Below are positions 51,663 to 59,532 of a stretch of DNA of 64,000 nucleotides, piece after piece. Source of the stretch: an uncultured Microthrixaceae bacterium (GTDB lineage Bacteria; Actinomycetota; Acidimicrobiia; Acidimicrobiales; DATDAH01); the NCBI GenBank assembly GCA_963823495.1, contig CAWGLV010000001.1:835878-899877 (forward strand), in the 5' to 3' direction. The position numbers and the translations under genes were made by a program. Every line of letters begins with the position of its first letter. Within the stretch, counting starts at the first letter, position 1. The notes under the pieces are model-generated. The model was not told the origin of the DNA and did no database searches. It saw only the letters and a list, made by a program, of their open reading frames with translations.

Positions 51663-52922
51663 ATGGCCACGGCGGTCGCGCCACAGGCGCCCACGTTGGA
51701 TCGGATTGCGACACCGGCGCCGGTGCTGGTGGCGATGGCCACCCTGTCGGCCGCGGCCGCGGTGGTCCACCTGGTGATGGTGCCCTCCCACATCGACGAG
51801 TTCGCCGTCGAAGGCGTGGCCTTCGCCGTCGTCGGTTGGCTGCAGCTCCTGGTGGCCTTCTACCTCTGGACGCAGCCGTCGCGGGCCCTGCTGGGCTTCA
51901 CCGCGCTCTTGAACGTCGGTGTCATCGGGGTCTGGGCCCTGAGCCGGACGGCTGGGTTGCCGGTCGGTCCGAACTCCGGAGTCGCCGAGTCCGCCTCCCT
52001 CGTGGACCTCACGGCCGTGGGCCTCGAGGCCGCACTCGTCGTGCTGGCCTTCGCCGTCCTGCTGCGTCCGGGCCTCAGGGAGGTCACGCTCCCACCGGGC
52101 CTGGCCATGGCGGTGCCCCTGTCCGTGGTGATCCTGACCAGCGCCGTGCTGGCCTCGCCCGAGGCCCGCAACCATGCCCACGGATCGGAGGCGGCGAGCC
52201 CCGCCGGCGCCGGTCATCCGCACGGGGCCGAGGCCACGGCCACGGCCGCCGGCGACCGGGGGCTGAGCCTGCTCACGAACGGCCACCACGACGAGATCGT
52301 GCAGCAGCCCATGTCGCCGGCGACGGTGAACGAGCTCAAGGGCCAGTTGGCCATCACCCGGGAGGTGGCCGTGGCGCTCCCGACCGTGGCCGATGCCGAA
52401 GCCGCCGGTTACCGGCGGGCCGGCCCGTACTCGCCCGGCCTCGGCGCGCACTACACCATCACCAGCCCGGCGGCGTTGAACTTCGACGGGGTGATGACCG
52501 ACGAGGAGCTGCGCACACCGCTGTCGATCATCTATGACGGCACCCAGCCGGACTCCCCGGTCGCCGGGTTCATGTACTACGCCACGACGGCGGCCGAGCC
52601 CGAGGGCTTCGCCGGGGCCAACGACATCTGGCACTACCACGAGTCGATCTGCGTGACCATGAGCGACGGTGAGATCAACTCGCCGTTCGGCGCCGATCTG
52701 CCCGTCACCGATGCGCAGTGCAGCCAGGTGGGCGGCTTCATGCTCGACTCGACCCAGTACATGGTCCACGTCTGGTCGGTCCCGGGCTACAACAACGTCG
52801 ACGATGGCGTGTTCGCCGAGGTGAACCCGGCGCTGGACTGCGCCGACGGCAGCTACTGGCAGCTGCCGCAGTCGGCCTGGCCGGACCACCTGCTCAACGT
52901 GTGTGAGTCCGGCGCCGCCTGA
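51663..52922 (+). CDS. Membrane protein with His-rich linker and Cys-containing extracytoplasmic C-terminal domain, unknown function
   Basis: ATG at residue 191 of track ORF 51093..52922. Four N-terminal TM helices (AAAAVVHLVMVPSHIDEF...) are followed by ARNHAHGSEAASPAGAGHPHG. A roughly 220-aa domain with HYHESICV, MVHVWSVPGY and paired cysteines follows. No family name recognised. Confidence 0.65.
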   Translation: MATAVAPQAPTLDRIATPAPVLVAMATLSAAAAVVHLVMVPSHIDEFAVEGVAFAVVGWLQLLVAFYLWTQPSRALLGFTALLNVGVIGVWALSRTAGLPVGPNSGVAESASLVDLTAVGLEAALVVLAFAVLLRPGLREVTLPPGLAMAVPLSVVILTSAVLASPEARNHAHGSEAASPAGAGHPHGAEATATAAGDRGLSLLTNGHHDEIVQQPMSPATVNELKGQLAITREVAVALPTVADAEAAGYRRAGPYSPGLGAHYTITSPAALNFDGVMTDEELRTPLSIIYDGTQPDSPVAGFMYYATTAAEPEGFAGANDIWHYHESICVTMSDGEINSPFGADLPVTDAQCSQVGGFMLDSTQYMVHVWSVPGYNNVDDGVFAEVNPALDCADGSYWQLPQSAWPDHLLNVCESGAA

Positions 52923-52950
52923 GCGGATCGGCCGGTCCGGCCCGCCGCTC
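52921..52950. terminator. Bidirectional hairpin spanning two convergent stop codons
   Basis: GAGCGG atc GGCCGG t CCGGCC cg CCGCTC forms a 6-bp outer stem and a 6-bp inner stem. It overlaps the TGA at 52920-52922 (plus-strand gene) and the TCA at 52949-52951 (minus-strand gene stop). Confidence 0.55.
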
Positions 52951-53587
52951 AGTCCTTCAGCGCGGCGTACTCGATGACCCGTTGGACCACGGTGTCGCCG
53001 GCGCGGTCGAGGTGGCCGGCGTCGAACGGGGGCTGGGGGTCGTACTCGATCATGAGCTGCATGGCCTTGGCCGCGATGTCGTCGACCAGGAGCTCGCTCA
53101 GCCGCAGCGCCATGTCGATGCCCGAGGACACCCCCGCCGCGGTGATGATGCGGCGGTCCAGGTGTTCGACCACCCGCTGCATCGTCGGCTCGGCGCCGTA
53201 GGCCTGGAGGTCGTTCAGCACGCTCCAGTGCGTCGTGGCCGTGAGACCCTCCAGCAGGCCGGCGGCGCCGAGGACGAAGGACCCCGTACAGACACTCGTC
53301 GTGAAGCGGGTGCTCCCGTGGGCCGAGCGGACCCACTCGATCAGGGTCGGGTCCTTCGCGGCCTCCCGGCTGCCGATGCCGCCGGGAACGACGATCACGT
53401 CGGGCTGGGGGAGATCGCCGACGGGGGCGTCGACGGTCAGGCCGAGGAAGCCGTTCTCGGTGCGGACCTCACCGGTTCGGGTGCCCACGAAGGTCACCGT
53501 CGCCTCGGGGAGGCGTTGGAGGACCTCGTAGGGCCCGATGGCGTCGAGGGCGGTCAGCCGGTCGAAGAGGGGGATGGCGATCTGCAC
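52949..53587 (-). CDS. DJ-1/PfpI family protein
   Basis: GTG at residue 46 of track ORF 52949..53722, preceded by AGGAGAA. VQIAIPLFDRLTALDAIGPYEV and the nucleophile-elbow Cys context TSVCTGSFVLGAAGLL are family-typical. Confidence 0.85.
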   Translation of the reverse strand: MQIAIPLFDRLTALDAIGPYEVLQRLPEATVTFVGTRTGEVRTENGFLGLTVDAPVGDLPQPDVIVVPGGIGSREAAKDPTLIEWVRSAHGSTRFTTSVCTGSFVLGAAGLLEGLTATTHWSVLNDLQAYGAEPTMQRVVEHLDRRIITAAGVSSGIDMALRLSELLVDDIAAKAMQLMIEYDPQPPFDAGHLDRAGDTVVQRVIEYAALKD

Positions 53588-54582
53588 GGGTTCTCCTGGC
53601 GGTCGGGTCGGGATGTGGGTGGTCGAGGCGTGACGGCGAAACGGCGGCGGTACTGCTCGGGGGGGACCCCGAGCCGGCGCAGGAACGCCCGACGGAGGCT
53701 CTCGGCGGTGCCGAACCCGCACCGCCGGGCGACCACGGTGGCTGTGGTCGTCGGCTCCTGTTCGAGCAGGCGGCGGGCGGCCTCGATCCGCACGGTGGTC
53801 ACGTAGTGGCCCGGCGACTCACCGACCTGCTCGGTGAACGAGCGGCTGAAGTGGCGGGGGCTCAGGCCGACCCGGCGGGCCAGTTCGTCCACCCGCCAGT
53901 CGGCTCCGGGTTCGGCGTGCACGAGGTCCTGAGCTCGGCGGATCGGTCCGGGTGGGGCGGCCTCGGACCACACCGGCACCGCGAACTGCGACTGGCCGCC
54001 GGGACGTCGGAGGAACATGACCAGCCACCGGGCGACGGTCTGGGCCAGTTCGGCACCGTGGTCCTCCTCCACGAGGGCCAGGGCCAGATCGATGCCGGCC
54101 GTCACGCCGGCGGAGGTCCACAGGTCGCCGTCGCGCCGGAAGATCGGGTCGGGGTCGACGACGGCGGTGGGGTGGCGCTCGGCCAGTTGGCCGGCGCGGG
54201 CCCAGTGGGTCGTCACCCGGCGGCCGTCGATCAGCCCGGCGGCCCCCGCCAGGAAGGTGCCGCTGCAGACCGTCACCACCCGGTCCGCTCCGGTCGCGGA
54301 CCGGCGGACCCAGTCGACGAGCACGTCGTCGGCGCTGGCCTCGAGGACACCGCCCCCGCCCACGAGCAGCAGCGTGCCGATGCCCTCGGTCGCCCCGAGC
54401 CCCTGGGCGTGAAGGACGAGGCCGCTCTCGCCGGCGACCGGCCCGGGCCGGTGGGCGACGATCTCGATCTCATAGCGCTGGTCGGGGGAAAGACCCTGGT
54501 TGGCTCCGGCGAAGACCTCGTGGGGCCCGACCGCGTCCAGGGGCTGGAGGCCGGGGAAGACGACGATGACCACGCGGTGCAC
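53554..54582 (-). CDS. GlxA-family transcriptional regulator (DJ-1-like N-domain + AraC-type HTH)
   Basis: GTG at 54582 gives (M)HRVVIVVFPGLQPLDAVGPHEVF. The AraC HTH is LARRVGLSPRHFSRSFTEQVGESPGHYV...ARRCGFGTAESLRRAF. The 3' end overlaps the DJ-1 gene start by 34 nt. Confidence 0.85.
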   Translation of the reverse strand: MHRVVIVVFPGLQPLDAVGPHEVFAGANQGLSPDQRYEIEIVAHRPGPVAGESGLVLHAQGLGATEGIGTLLLVGGGGVLEASADDVLVDWVRRSATGADRVVTVCSGTFLAGAAGLIDGRRVTTHWARAGQLAERHPTAVVDPDPIFRRDGDLWTSAGVTAGIDLALALVEEDHGAELAQTVARWLVMFLRRPGGQSQFAVPVWSEAAPPGPIRRAQDLVHAEPGADWRVDELARRVGLSPRHFSRSFTEQVGESPGHYVTTVRIEAARRLLEQEPTTTATVVARRCGFGTAESLRRAFLRRLGVPPEQYRRRFAVTPRPPTSRPDRQENPCRSPSPSSTG

Positions 54583-54712
54583 ACCGCCAGGGTGCCCCGG
54601 CGGATCGATGACGTCAATGTCACTATCCCCACGATTCCTGCCATCCACCGCGTGCGGCGGGGCCCGGGCCGGTCCGCTCGGACGACGGCACCGACGGTCT
54701 AGGGTCTCGGCC

Positions 54713-55282
54713 GTGTCGGGCCGGCGCCGGATCCTCTTCCTGGTGGTCGCCGCCGCGCTCGTGGCGGCCTGCGGAGGTACCGGCCGCGCCGAGTTCGACG
54801 AGGAGATCCAGGCCCGCGGTGGCGGCCTGGGCTCGGCCCTGGCCCTGGAGTCCATCGCCGCCCTCCAGGAGGAGTTGGGTGACGACCTGGCCTTCCGTTC
54901 CTTCACCATGACCGCCGGCCAGGTGACCATCGAGGTGCTGGTGCCCGGCTCGACCGATGAGGTGGACAGCTACCGGTACGGCACGTCCGGGCTCTATGGC
55001 GGGGGCGGGCTGTCGGGTCCGAGCCCGGTCCCGGGTGTCGGTGACACCGCCTCGCTGCGCCGGATGCTGTTCCGGACCCAGCGCATCGCCTGGGACGACC
55101 TCGACCGGATCGTCGACGACGCACTCGCGGCGGCGGACCTGGCAAGGGGGTACGCGCAGACCGTGCGGGTGGACCGCACCGGCCCCCGGCCGGAGATCGT
55201 GGTGAACGTGACCAGCCCCCGCCAGTCCGTCCCGGTCCGCTTCCGGGCCGATGGGACGCCCGTCGGACAGGGCGACCAATGA
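54713..55282 (+). CDS. Lipoprotein, unknown function
   Basis: GTG at residue 72 of track ORF 54500..55282. VSGRRRILFLVVAAALVAACGG is a signal peptide with a lipobox. The remainder is soluble-looking with no recognised family. Confidence 0.6.
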   Translation: MSGRRRILFLVVAAALVAACGGTGRAEFDEEIQARGGGLGSALALESIAALQEELGDDLAFRSFTMTAGQVTIEVLVPGSTDEVDSYRYGTSGLYGGGGLSGPSPVPGVGDTASLRRMLFRTQRIAWDDLDRIVDDALAAADLARGYAQTVRVDRTGPRPEIVVNVTSPRQSVPVRFRADGTPVGQGDQ

Positions 55283-55746
55283 GGTTCTGGAAGTCGTTCT
55301 CCGTGATCCTGGGCCCGGCTCTGTTCGCCCTCTTCATCGCCGTCATGTTGATGGTCGCCTACCCCAATGCGCTCAAGCTCGCGGCTCCGACGCTCTGTCC
55401 CGACGACAAGCCCGATGCCTTCGTCGTCCGTTACAACGTCCAGACCTCCGACGGCACGGGCACCAACTTCACCCTGTTCTGCATGAGCGAACGGGGCGAG
55501 ATCACCGAGATCGGGACCTGGGAGCCGCTGCTCATCCTGTTCGGCTTCGTGGCCGCGCTGGTCTACGGCCTGATCATCCTGCTGTGGCTCATCCGCCTCG
55601 TCCGGCGAGTGGCCCGGGGTGGATCGGACCCGCCGACCGACCTCGACGACCCCGGGTCGGCCGCACTCGATCCGGTCGTGTCCCCGCCCGCCGATGACGA
55701 CCCCTTCGCCGCCATCAGAGACCAGGAGGGTCCGATCATCTCCTGA
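55279..55746 (+). CDS. Small two-TM membrane protein, unknown function
   Basis: 155 aa with an ATGA overlap to the upstream lipoprotein gene. It has N-terminal and central TM helices and an acidic/Pro-rich tail. Confidence 0.6.
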   Translation: MRFWKSFSVILGPALFALFIAVMLMVAYPNALKLAAPTLCPDDKPDAFVVRYNVQTSDGTGTNFTLFCMSERGEITEIGTWEPLLILFGFVAALVYGLIILLWLIRLVRRVARGGSDPPTDLDDPGSAALDPVVSPPADDDPFAAIRDQEGPIIS

Positions 55747-55749
55747 TCC

Positions 55750-56985
55750 TCAGCAGGCGCACTCGGCGGCCGGCAGGGCGGGCCCGGTGACCACGATCGG
55801 CCGGGTGTAGGGCAGGTCCCGGCCCGCCGGCCGCCGCTCCGGGGCCTGCAGGGGGAAGGTGGTGAGTTGGCCGTCGGTCACCGCCACGAGCCGTCGGTCG
55901 GTGGCGTTGACGTGCAGGCTGATGATCGTGCGGGGGGTCTGCCACTGGGCCCGGGGGGTGAAATCGTCGCCGTCGAGCACACGGATGCGATCCCCGGAGC
56001 CGAGGAAGAGCTGTCGACCATCGCTCACCGCCGCCAGGCCGTTGGCGCCCATCGGGCCGAAGCGACCCGTGGTCAGCACCTCGAGGGCCTCGGTGTCGAT
56101 CACCGCCCCCCGTCCGGAGGCCTCGGTCGCCCACAGCCGGCGTCCATCGGGCGACGTCGTCACTGCGGCCGGGGCGGCCCAGCCCAGGGGCTCGGGCAGG
56201 TCCAGACAGAACGCCCACCCCTCATCGAGATCCAGCACGTGGATGAACGACGTGGCCCCACTCGCGGTGCCGCGGGTGTAGAGGGTGTAGATGACGCTGC
56301 CGTCAGGGGCCCACGCCTGGGTCCGGGCCGTCCCGCCCATGCGCTCTTGGCGCTCGTCCCGACTGTCCTCACCGAAGACGCCGCTGATCACCCCCGTATC
56401 GAGATCGAGGCGGTTGACCTGGTAGTGGGTCGGGTCCTCGGCGGGGGTGTAGCGCAGGACGAACACGCTCGCGCCGTCGGTGCTGAAGGCCTCGGGCTCG
56501 ATGTTCCCCTCGAGTCGGTAGGTGCGGACCGTGCCGTCGGTCTCGGCGACGGAGAGGGCTGTCTCTCGCCGGGGAACGGGGTAGGCGAGCGTCCCGGCCG
56601 GGACGTCCGGTGGACCCAACGCGACCCGGCCGTCGGGGGCGACCACCCGGATGGACGCCGGTCCGTCGATGCGGACGCGGGCGGTCCGGTGGCCGTCGAC
56701 GGGGTCGAGCCAGAGGACGCGCGTGTCGCCGTCCTGGCGAACGACGGATCGGGCCACCACCGAGCCGTCGGGAGAAGCTGCCGCCCCTGGTGAGGTGAAC
56801 GCGACCTCGCCGGCCCGGGCATCGACCCCCGCCAGGCCGTCCGGGGTGGCCAGGAGCAGCGGGCGCTCATCGACGGCGGCGGCCCGACCACCACCCGGCT
56901 CGGCCGGCCCGCAGCCGGCGGCGGCCAGGATCACCGCGACCAGCGGCCAGGTGGGGAATCGAGGTCGGGACGGTCGTTGTCGCAC
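55750..56985 (-). CDS. Lipoprotein, probable beta-propeller (YncE/lactonase-like repeats), unknown function
   Basis: 411 aa with a GTG start. The lipobox is LAAAGCG. Repeated SPDG/APDG/STDG/VSDG strand-turn motifs suggest a propeller. The family assignment is weak. Confidence 0.65.
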   Translation of the reverse strand: MRQRPSRPRFPTWPLVAVILAAAGCGPAEPGGGRAAAVDERPLLLATPDGLAGVDARAGEVAFTSPGAAASPDGSVVARSVVRQDGDTRVLWLDPVDGHRTARVRIDGPASIRVVAPDGRVALGPPDVPAGTLAYPVPRRETALSVAETDGTVRTYRLEGNIEPEAFSTDGASVFVLRYTPAEDPTHYQVNRLDLDTGVISGVFGEDSRDERQERMGGTARTQAWAPDGSVIYTLYTRGTASGATSFIHVLDLDEGWAFCLDLPEPLGWAAPAAVTTSPDGRRLWATEASGRGAVIDTEALEVLTTGRFGPMGANGLAAVSDGRQLFLGSGDRIRVLDGDDFTPRAQWQTPRTIISLHVNATDRRLVAVTDGQLTTFPLQAPERRPAGRDLPYTRPIVVTGPALPAAECAC

Positions 56986-56994
56986 GTCGGTTGA

Positions 56995-57019
56995 GACGAC
57001 CAGCGGTGGCTGAAGGTTC
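56995..57019 (-). promoter_or_regulatory. Candidate ECF-type promoter GAACC-N16-CGTC reading toward the lipoprotein gene
   Basis: On the minus strand, GAACC lies at 57019-57015 and CGTC at 56998-56995, with an exact 16-nt spacer. CGTC ends 9 nt before the GTG at 56985, which implies a near-leaderless transcript. Confidence 0.5.
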
Positions 57020-57021
57020 GG

Positions 57022-57047
57022 TGAACCATTCGGGCTCGGCGGGCGTC
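57022..57047 (+). promoter_or_regulatory. Candidate ECF-type (autoregulatory) promoter TGAACC-N16-CGTC upstream of the sigma gene
   Basis: GAACC lies at 57023-57027 and CGTC at 57044-57047, with a 16-nt spacer. It is 22 nt upstream of the first candidate start of the ECF sigma gene. Confidence 0.5.
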
Positions 57048-57069
57048 ACAGGCATCGTGGAGCGCGCCA

Positions 57070-57660
57070 GTGGCCCGAATGGGTGGACGACGCCCGTCGG
57101 CCGCGAGTAGGCCGGGTCGGGTGGAAGAGCCGGATCCGGCGCTGCTCCGGGCGGCGGCCGCGGGGGACCTCGATGCCTTCGAGGCCCTGGTGCGCATCTA
57201 CCAGCAGCCGATCTGGCGCTTCCTGTGCCACCTCGTGCGTGACCAGGCGCTGGCCGAGGACCTCGCGCAGGAGACCTTCCTGCGGGCGTTCCGGAACCTG
57301 GGCGGTTTCGCCCACCAGTCACGCTTCAGCACCTGGCTGTTCCAGATAGCCCGCAATGCCGGCATTGACGCCCTTCGCCGCCGCGAACGTCGCTCGCGGC
57401 TGCTGGAGGTCGCCCCCGAGGCCGGCCCCCGCCCCTCCCCCGAAGCGGGCGCCGAGCTGAACGCCGGCCTCGAGGCCCTCAGCCCGAAGCTGCGTGAGGC
57501 CCTCCTCGTCGTCGAGGTGCTGGGCTACCGCTATCGGGAGGCGGCGCTGATCCTGGGGGTACCCGAGGGAACGGTGAAGAGCCGGGTCCACCAGGCCCGC
57601 GAGCGTCTGGTGGCCTGGATGTCGGCGGACTCGGGGGAGTCGGGGAGCGAGGTCCAATGA
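57070..57660 (+). CDS. ECF (group 4) sigma-70 family factor
   Basis: 196 aa. Region 2 is IWRFLCHLVRDQALAEDLAQETFLRAFRNLGGF...FSTWLFQIARNAGIDALRRR. Region 4 is REALLVVEVLGYRYREAALILGVPEGTVKSRVHQARERL. GTG at 57121 (VEEPDPALL...) is an alternative start. Confidence 0.85.
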   Translation: MARMGGRRPSAASRPGRVEEPDPALLRAAAAGDLDAFEALVRIYQQPIWRFLCHLVRDQALAEDLAQETFLRAFRNLGGFAHQSRFSTWLFQIARNAGIDALRRRERRSRLLEVAPEAGPRPSPEAGAELNAGLEALSPKLREALLVVEVLGYRYREAALILGVPEGTVKSRVHQARERLVAWMSADSGESGSEVQ

Positions 57661-59510
57661 GCTGCACGGCGATTCGGGCCCGAGTGTCCGAACGACTCGA
57701 CGGGGCCGTCGTCGAGGGCCTCGATGACCACCTGGCCGGTTGCCCGGATTGCCGACGGTTCTCGGCGGGGGCCGAGTCCGTTCGCCGAGGACTCCGGTTG
57801 GAGGCCGTTGGGGAGATGCCCGACGTGGCCGCGGCTGTCCGCCGACGGCTCGAGGCCGAGGCCCCCCGTCCGGTCGGGGCCCGGTCGCTTCCAGGCGCGT
57901 ACCCGAGCCGTCGGCCCCGGCTTCGGAGCCGACGGTCGCGTCAGCCGATCCTGGCGGTGGCCGCGGCCGCTCTCGTGGCCGGTGTGGTCATCGGGGTGAA
58001 TCTCGTCGGTGTCGGCGACGGCGGTCCCCGACCGGTCGCGGCCGAGAGCCTTTCGGCCCGGGTGGCCGCGGCCCAGTCCCGCATCACCGGGTTGCAGGCC
58101 GCGCTCCGGCTCACCGAGCGGGGCTGGAACGCCGCGGTGCCGGAACGTCGCTTCACGGGCTCCCTCGACTATCGGGCGCCGGAGTCCCTCGCCCTCACCT
58201 GGCGGGACGGCACCGACTACCCCACGGGCGAATGGCGGCCCAACGACGTGGCTCTCCGCACCGACGGAGCCACCTGGGTGGCCACGGGGATCCCGGATTG
58301 CCCTTCGGTGGCCCAACCGGGCTGCTCCACGACCCCGCGTGAACGGTCCGTGGCCGGCCGACCACCGTTCGCCGACGACGCCCCGGTCCCACTGGAGTTG
58401 GTGGTACCTGTGCGCAGCTTCCCCGCGGGTGACACCGCCGTGGTCGCGGGGAAGGGCTCGGTCTCGGGTCGACCGACCGTCGAGGTCACCGTCGCTGCGG
58501 CACAGGTCGGCCCCCTCATCGAGGGGTTGGCCCCGGCGGGGAACCTCCGGTCGGTGCACCCGACCGACGTGGTGGAGCTCTCCCTCGATGCGGTGGAGAT
58601 GGTCCCGCTGCGGCTCCGGGTGCGGGCATCGGGGGATCCCGGCCGTCGGTCGTGGGCCGCGCAGCGGGGTTATGTCGACCAGCCCGGGGTCGTCGTCCTC
58701 GAGATGGAGGTCACCGACCTGCGCCTGGTCCCCCCTGGAGCGGACCGTTTCGCACCCCCCGCCGGGGTCACGGCGGCCGACGCCGGCTTTCGGCCGGGAC
58801 CGCCCGGCATCGACGTGGCGACCCCGCCGCCCGATGGGTTCCTTCTCGGCCGGACCGGGCGGATCGACGGGCCCACGCCGACGGCGGTGTGGTCCTGGAG
58901 CAACGGCCGAGCCTGGATCCGGCTGCAAGCCTCCGACACGTGGTCGGGCAACGAGCTTTTCGGCGGGCTGGGCCCTCTGGTGCGACCCGTGCCCCTCGGC
59001 GACGGACAGGTCTTCGTCAGCCCCGATGGACGGCGCATCGGTTGGCACGGTCGTGACCTGGACCTCGTGGTGGACGGGTCGGTGAGCACCGGGGAACTGC
59101 TGGCGGTCGCGTCCTCGACCGGGGTCGGGCCGGTCCCCCTGCCGGTCGGCTGGCCCGAGGCGCGATCGGCCTCCCCGGCCGCCATCCGGCGCGCCGTTCC
59201 CGGGGCCCTCGGACTCGGGGTCGCCGGGTTCGATGCGCCGGCGGGTCGCCTGGACGGAGCGACAGCGGTCCTCTTCGCGGCCGGCGCCGGCGACCGACGC
59301 CTGCTCCTCGAGCAGATCCCGGGTGACCGCATCGGCCAACCGACCGAGCCGGTCTACGAGACCGTGAGGACCCGCGGGACCGACGCGCGGTACGCCCCCG
59401 GCCCGAACCAGTTGGAGTGGGTCGAGTCGGGTCTGGTGATGACCCTGCGGGGCACCGGGCTGGACCGGGCCGAGGTGCTGCGGGCCGCCGAGGGCCTGGT
59501 GCCGCTGTGA
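57657..59510 (+). CDS. Anti-sigma factor (zf-HC2 N-domain, one TM, large extracytoplasmic domain)
   Basis: ATGA overlap with the sigma gene stop. HLAGCPDC matches H-x3-C-x2-C. The TM helix is ILAVAAAALVAGVVIGVNLVGV. The roughly 490-aa outside domain may have a LolA/RseB-like N-part (weak). Confidence 0.8.
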   Translation: MSCTAIRARVSERLDGAVVEGLDDHLAGCPDCRRFSAGAESVRRGLRLEAVGEMPDVAAAVRRRLEAEAPRPVGARSLPGAYPSRRPRLRSRRSRQPILAVAAAALVAGVVIGVNLVGVGDGGPRPVAAESLSARVAAAQSRITGLQAALRLTERGWNAAVPERRFTGSLDYRAPESLALTWRDGTDYPTGEWRPNDVALRTDGATWVATGIPDCPSVAQPGCSTTPRERSVAGRPPFADDAPVPLELVVPVRSFPAGDTAVVAGKGSVSGRPTVEVTVAAAQVGPLIEGLAPAGNLRSVHPTDVVELSLDAVEMVPLRLRVRASGDPGRRSWAAQRGYVDQPGVVVLEMEVTDLRLVPPGADRFAPPAGVTAADAGFRPGPPGIDVATPPPDGFLLGRTGRIDGPTPTAVWSWSNGRAWIRLQASDTWSGNELFGGLGPLVRPVPLGDGQVFVSPDGRRIGWHGRDLDLVVDGSVSTGELLAVASSTGVGPVPLPVGWPEARSASPAAIRRAVPGALGLGVAGFDAPAGRLDGATAVLFAAGAGDRRLLLEQIPGDRIGQPTEPVYETVRTRGTDARYAPGPNQLEWVESGLVMTLRGTGLDRAEVLRAAEGLVPL

Positions 59511-59532
59511 CCGTCGAGGGGGATCGGGCGCG

